DNA of 64,000 nucleotides from an uncultured Vampirovibrio sp. (GTDB lineage Bacteria; Cyanobacteriota; Vampirovibrionia; Gastranaerophilales; Gastranaerophilaceae): NCBI GenBank assembly GCA_910577395.1, contig CAJTLG010000006.1, positions 79,946 to 143,945 of the forward strand, read 5' to 3'. Shown piece by piece: positions 61,347 to 64,000 of this stretch (position 1 is its first letter; each line of letters starts with the position of its first letter). The notes under the pieces were generated by a model. It saw only the letters and a program-made list of their open reading frames with translations, ran no database searches and was not told where the DNA came from. The position numbers and the translations under genes were made by a program.

Positions 61347-62336
61347 ATGTTTTATGATAGTATCATGAAAGTCAAGTTATCATCATTTAATAATTTTGAA
61401 AGCTCGGCACCGCGGGTTCTAACTTCCCGCAAAAAAGGAGCAAGCCCGTACTCTTATCCTGAGAGTAACCAAGCGAAGAGCAAAAATGGTGTGCACCTGC
61501 AATTAAATAATAACGAGGAAAATTATAAAGGTATAAACAGACCCACTGAGAGTGTAAGTTTCAGTGGGTCTGCGGTTTCAGAAGAGGATAATGAAACAGC
61601 TAAGAAGAAGAAAAATATTATAATAGCTGCAGCAGGTACTGCCATTACCATAGGTACAGGGGCATTATTAATTGCATCAAAAATGAAAAAAAACACAGGC
61701 GGCGGAGACATTTTTACAAAACTTGCATCCAGCAAACGGTTTAATCATCTGGTTAATTTTGCCGAAGAAAACGAGGCACAGATAAAAGCTGTACTTGCCC
61801 TAGGGATGGCAGGAATGTTAAAACCCATATGTGTTCTTGCTATGCCGGGAGCCGAAAAAGAAGATAAGCAGTTTACGGCAACAAAAAATGCTATCTCTGC
61901 TTTCATGGGTTTTCTTTTATCTTGTGCAATACTAAACCCAATTTCGGCGGGCGTTAATGAATTTCTAAAACACCCTGAAGAGTATCTCGGCAAAGATAAT
62001 GATTTAGTCAACAGATTTGCAGAAGATAAAAAAGAGGTATTTAAAACCCAGACATTTAAAGAACGTTGGTTTTCTACTTATAAAATGAATGAATCAGGTG
62101 CATTTAAAACAACTTATAAAAACGCTCTTGGATTATTTGTAGCCCCTGCAAAGGCAGCTTTAACCATTGCACTTATGCCGCTTGTATTAAAATTCCTGTT
62201 TGGCGATAGAGCAAAAAAAGAAAATAAAACCCCACAACCTATGTATATGGATATTTTAAATAACCCAAACATGATTGCAAACAGTAAAATTGATAAAGTA
62301 TTTGACAATTTTATAAAAAGGACGGTCACAAAATGA
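61347..62336 (+). CDS. hypothetical polytopic membrane protein (first of a paralogous pair)
   Basis: 329 aa (start may be Met7 at 61365). A long hydrophilic N-terminus with 'INRPTESVSFSG', then TM segments 'IIIAAAGTAITIGTGALLIA', 'VLALGMAGMLKPICVLAM', 'AISAFMGFLLSCAILNPI' and 'LGLFVAPAKAALTIALMPLVL'. Confidence 0.55.
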   Translation: MFYDSIMKVKLSSFNNFESSAPRVLTSRKKGASPYSYPESNQAKSKNGVHLQLNNNEENYKGINRPTESVSFSGSAVSEEDNETAKKKKNIIIAAAGTAITIGTGALLIASKMKKNTGGGDIFTKLASSKRFNHLVNFAEENEAQIKAVLALGMAGMLKPICVLAMPGAEKEDKQFTATKNAISAFMGFLLSCAILNPISAGVNEFLKHPEEYLGKDNDLVNRFAEDKKEVFKTQTFKERWFSTYKMNESGAFKTTYKNALGLFVAPAKAALTIALMPLVLKFLFGDRAKKENKTPQPMYMDILNNPNMIANSKIDKVFDNFIKRTVTK

Positions 62337-63157
62337 AAATAAATCCCATAGTAAATCGTCCTATAGCAAGCAATAATACACCTGACAACATGTCTTTTAA
62401 AGGCAAAGGAAAAGGTTTCCTGTTGACGGATTTTGTAACAAATACCTTAAACAATACTATACATCTTGATAAGCATATAGCAAAAGGTGTTGCGAAATTA
62501 TCCCAGACAAGTCTTTCAGATAGACTTGTTGATATGACAAGGAAACTTCCAAATCCGCCTGCAAGATGGGCAGACTTTGAATCTTTTGCTATTACATTCT
62601 TCTATATGTGGAACACCTGGAAATCCGATAAAATCGATGAAGAGAGAAAAATTCCCTCAATGATACAAAACGGAGCAGTTACAATAGCATCATCTCTTGC
62701 AGCTTTGGCTATTGATGAGGCTTGCGCCCCACTTATTAATAAATTGGCGGAAGCTTATAAAAAACTTCCCGCCGAAAAAATGGCGGAACTTAGGGAGCTT
62801 ACTGCCGAAGAAATGAAGAAGTTTAAGGCATACTCGCCTGAAGAATTAATAAAATTTAGCGAAAAAAGCACAAAAGAATTCTTTGATGCAGCAGGAAAAC
62901 TCAAATCAAATACCATATTTACCGCAGTGGTAAGATTTATAATCCCTGTTCTTATGGTCCCTGCTGTAGGTACAATTGTTAAAAAATTAAAAGAAAAATC
63001 TGCCCAAAACAATCCCCAGCCCGGTCAACAAACTGCTCAAAACCAACAAAAAACAAATAATGTTGCAAATCCAAATAAATTAAATACAACCCAGGGCTAT
63101 GCGCCAAAAATCTCTTTTGACCAAACAGAAAATAAATTCAAGTCCTTGTTTGCATAA
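62333..63157 (+). CDS. hypothetical membrane protein (second of the paralogous pair)
   Basis: 274 aa. ATGA start/stop overlap with the preceding gene. N-terminus 'MKINPIVNRPIASNNTPDNMSFKG'. Regions 'IQNGAVTIASSLAALAIDEACAPLINKL' and the final TM plus 'KKLKEKSAQNNPQ' parallel the upstream protein. Confidence 0.55.
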   Translation: MKINPIVNRPIASNNTPDNMSFKGKGKGFLLTDFVTNTLNNTIHLDKHIAKGVAKLSQTSLSDRLVDMTRKLPNPPARWADFESFAITFFYMWNTWKSDKIDEERKIPSMIQNGAVTIASSLAALAIDEACAPLINKLAEAYKKLPAEKMAELRELTAEEMKKFKAYSPEELIKFSEKSTKEFFDAAGKLKSNTIFTAVVRFIIPVLMVPAVGTIVKKLKEKSAQNNPQPGQQTAQNQQKTNNVANPNKLNTTQGYAPKISFDQTENKFKSLFA

Positions 63158-63231
63158 TATTACTTGCGTAATTTATCTGTTTTTATGGTTTAATATTTAT
63201 AAGCAAACTTTATATTAGAGGAGATTTTAAG

Positions 63232-64000
63232 ATGATTGTTGTAATGGAGCCAAAGGCTACAGATAAGCAAATAGAAAAAGTATCGGACTACCTTAAACAG
63301 CACGGCTTTAAAATAAACCTGAATAAAGGTGATGTTTTAACGGTAATTGCAGCAATTGGTGATAAAAGAATGATTTCAACCGCCACTATTAATTCTTTTG
63401 AAGGCGTTAGTGAAGTAAAACTTATTCAAGAGCCGTATAAATTGTCAGGAAGAAGTTCTCACCCTGAAGACACTGTTATTAAATTTGAAAATGGTGTAAA
63501 AATAGGTGGTCTTGAAAAACCCGTTTTAATGGTTGGCCCATGTTCGGTTGAAAAAGAATTCGAAGGGCTGCTTGAAGTAGCAATCGCTGCAAAAGAAATG
63601 GGTTGCGAATTTTTAAGAGGCGGCGCCTTTAAGCCAAGAACCTCTCCATATGATTTTCAGGGGTTAGAAGAAAAGGGCTTGGAATATCTGAAAGAAGCAG
63701 GTAAAAGAACAGGCCTCCTTGTTGTAACAGAAGTTATGGATACAATTGATATCCCTCTTTTAAATAAATACGCTGACGTATTACAGGTGGGCGCAAGAAA
63801 TATGCAAAATTTTAAACTTTTAAAAGCTCTTGGCCGCACTAAAAAACCTGTTATGCTAAAAAGAGGCCCAAGCGCCAATATAAGAGAATTTTTGCTTGCA
63901 GCAGAACATATTATGTTTAACGGCAACCCGAATGTAATTCTTTGTGAAAGGGGAATAAGAACCTTTGACCACGATTTTACAAGAAATACTCTTGACCTTG
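63232..64000 (+). CDS. aroF: 3-deoxy-7-phosphoheptulonate (DAHP) synthase, type I-beta with N-terminal ferredoxin-like regulatory domain; 3' end outside the window
   Basis: Absent from the ORF track because it has no stop in the window. SD 'GAGGAG' before ATG 63232. '[17 protein letters not shown]...', '[17 protein letters not shown]', 'MVGPCSVE', '[18 protein letters not shown]', '[11 protein letters not shown]'. Confidence 0.9.
   Translation, partial: MIVVMEPKATDKQIEKVSDYLKQHGFKINLNKGDVLTVIAAIGDKRMISTATINSFEGVSEVKLIQEPYKLSGRSSHPEDTVIKFENGVKIGGLEKPVLMVGPCSVEKEFEGLLEVAIAAKEMGCEFLRGGAFKPRTSPYDFQGLEEKGLEYLKEAGKRTGLLVVTEVMDTIDIPLLNKYADVLQVGARNMQNFKLLKALGRTKKPVMLKRGPSANIREFLLAAEHIMFNGNPNVILCERGIRTFDHDFTRNTLDL

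Noticed and set aside
1-64000. Search by eye for CRISPR arrays, IS elements or transposases, integrases, toxin-antitoxin pairs, restriction-modification or other recognisable defence genes, and rRNA or tRNA genes.
   Set aside because: None found. The only XRE-type regulator (6379-6735) has no adjacent toxin-like partner, and no long inverted or direct repeats typical of mobile elements were noticed. A systematic repeat or tRNA scan was not possible without tools.

Overview
The window is a visibly AT-rich, gene-dense chromosomal segment. Genes often overlap by 1-26 nt, and convergent genes sometimes overlap too. I saw no rRNA, tRNA, CRISPR array, transposase, integrase or prophage block. About two thirds of the genes are recognisable housekeeping genes. 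These include rph, nadE, uvrB, dapA-asd-dapB, rplJ-rplL, rpsB-tsf, queD, uppP, adhE-rex, rpmB, queC, dnaG-rpoD, gmk-coaBC-nif3-aroC-aroK-aroB, spmA/B-like, hpt-tilS, lysC, kdsC, gshB and a truncated DAHP synthase at the 3' edge.

Several features suggest a diderm organism from a cyanobacteria-related non-photosynthetic lineage (Melainabacteria/Vampirovibrionia-like): KdsC, an SLH-domain protein ending in a beta-barrel-type C-terminal Phe, PBS-lyase-type HEAT repeats, an LdpA-like Fe-S protein and a Tic20-like membrane protein. This is inference only, because no marker phylogeny was possible.

The most unusual locus is an orphan gene for a 973-aa protein at 6894-9815. It joins a textbook prepilin (class III) leader to several polyglycine-rich modules. 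It has its own consensus promoter, a divergent XRE regulator and a strong terminator, but no pilus machinery lies nearby.

Other items worth follow-up:
- a GC-rich structured-RNA candidate I could not assign (3265-3434)
- an apparent -1 frameshift at an A_AAA_AAC heptamer (4124-4130)
- a short N-terminal motif shared by otherwise unrelated proteins
- a tandem pair of EF-hand proteins, one with a LysM domain
- a translationally coupled pair of paralogous membrane proteins
- a triplicated copy of the asd 3' end
- two Rex-box-like palindromes in front of adhE

All start codons were chosen by eye from Shine-Dalgarno (SD) sequence, homology and length, and may be off by a few codons. All family assignments come from remembered motifs, not from searches.
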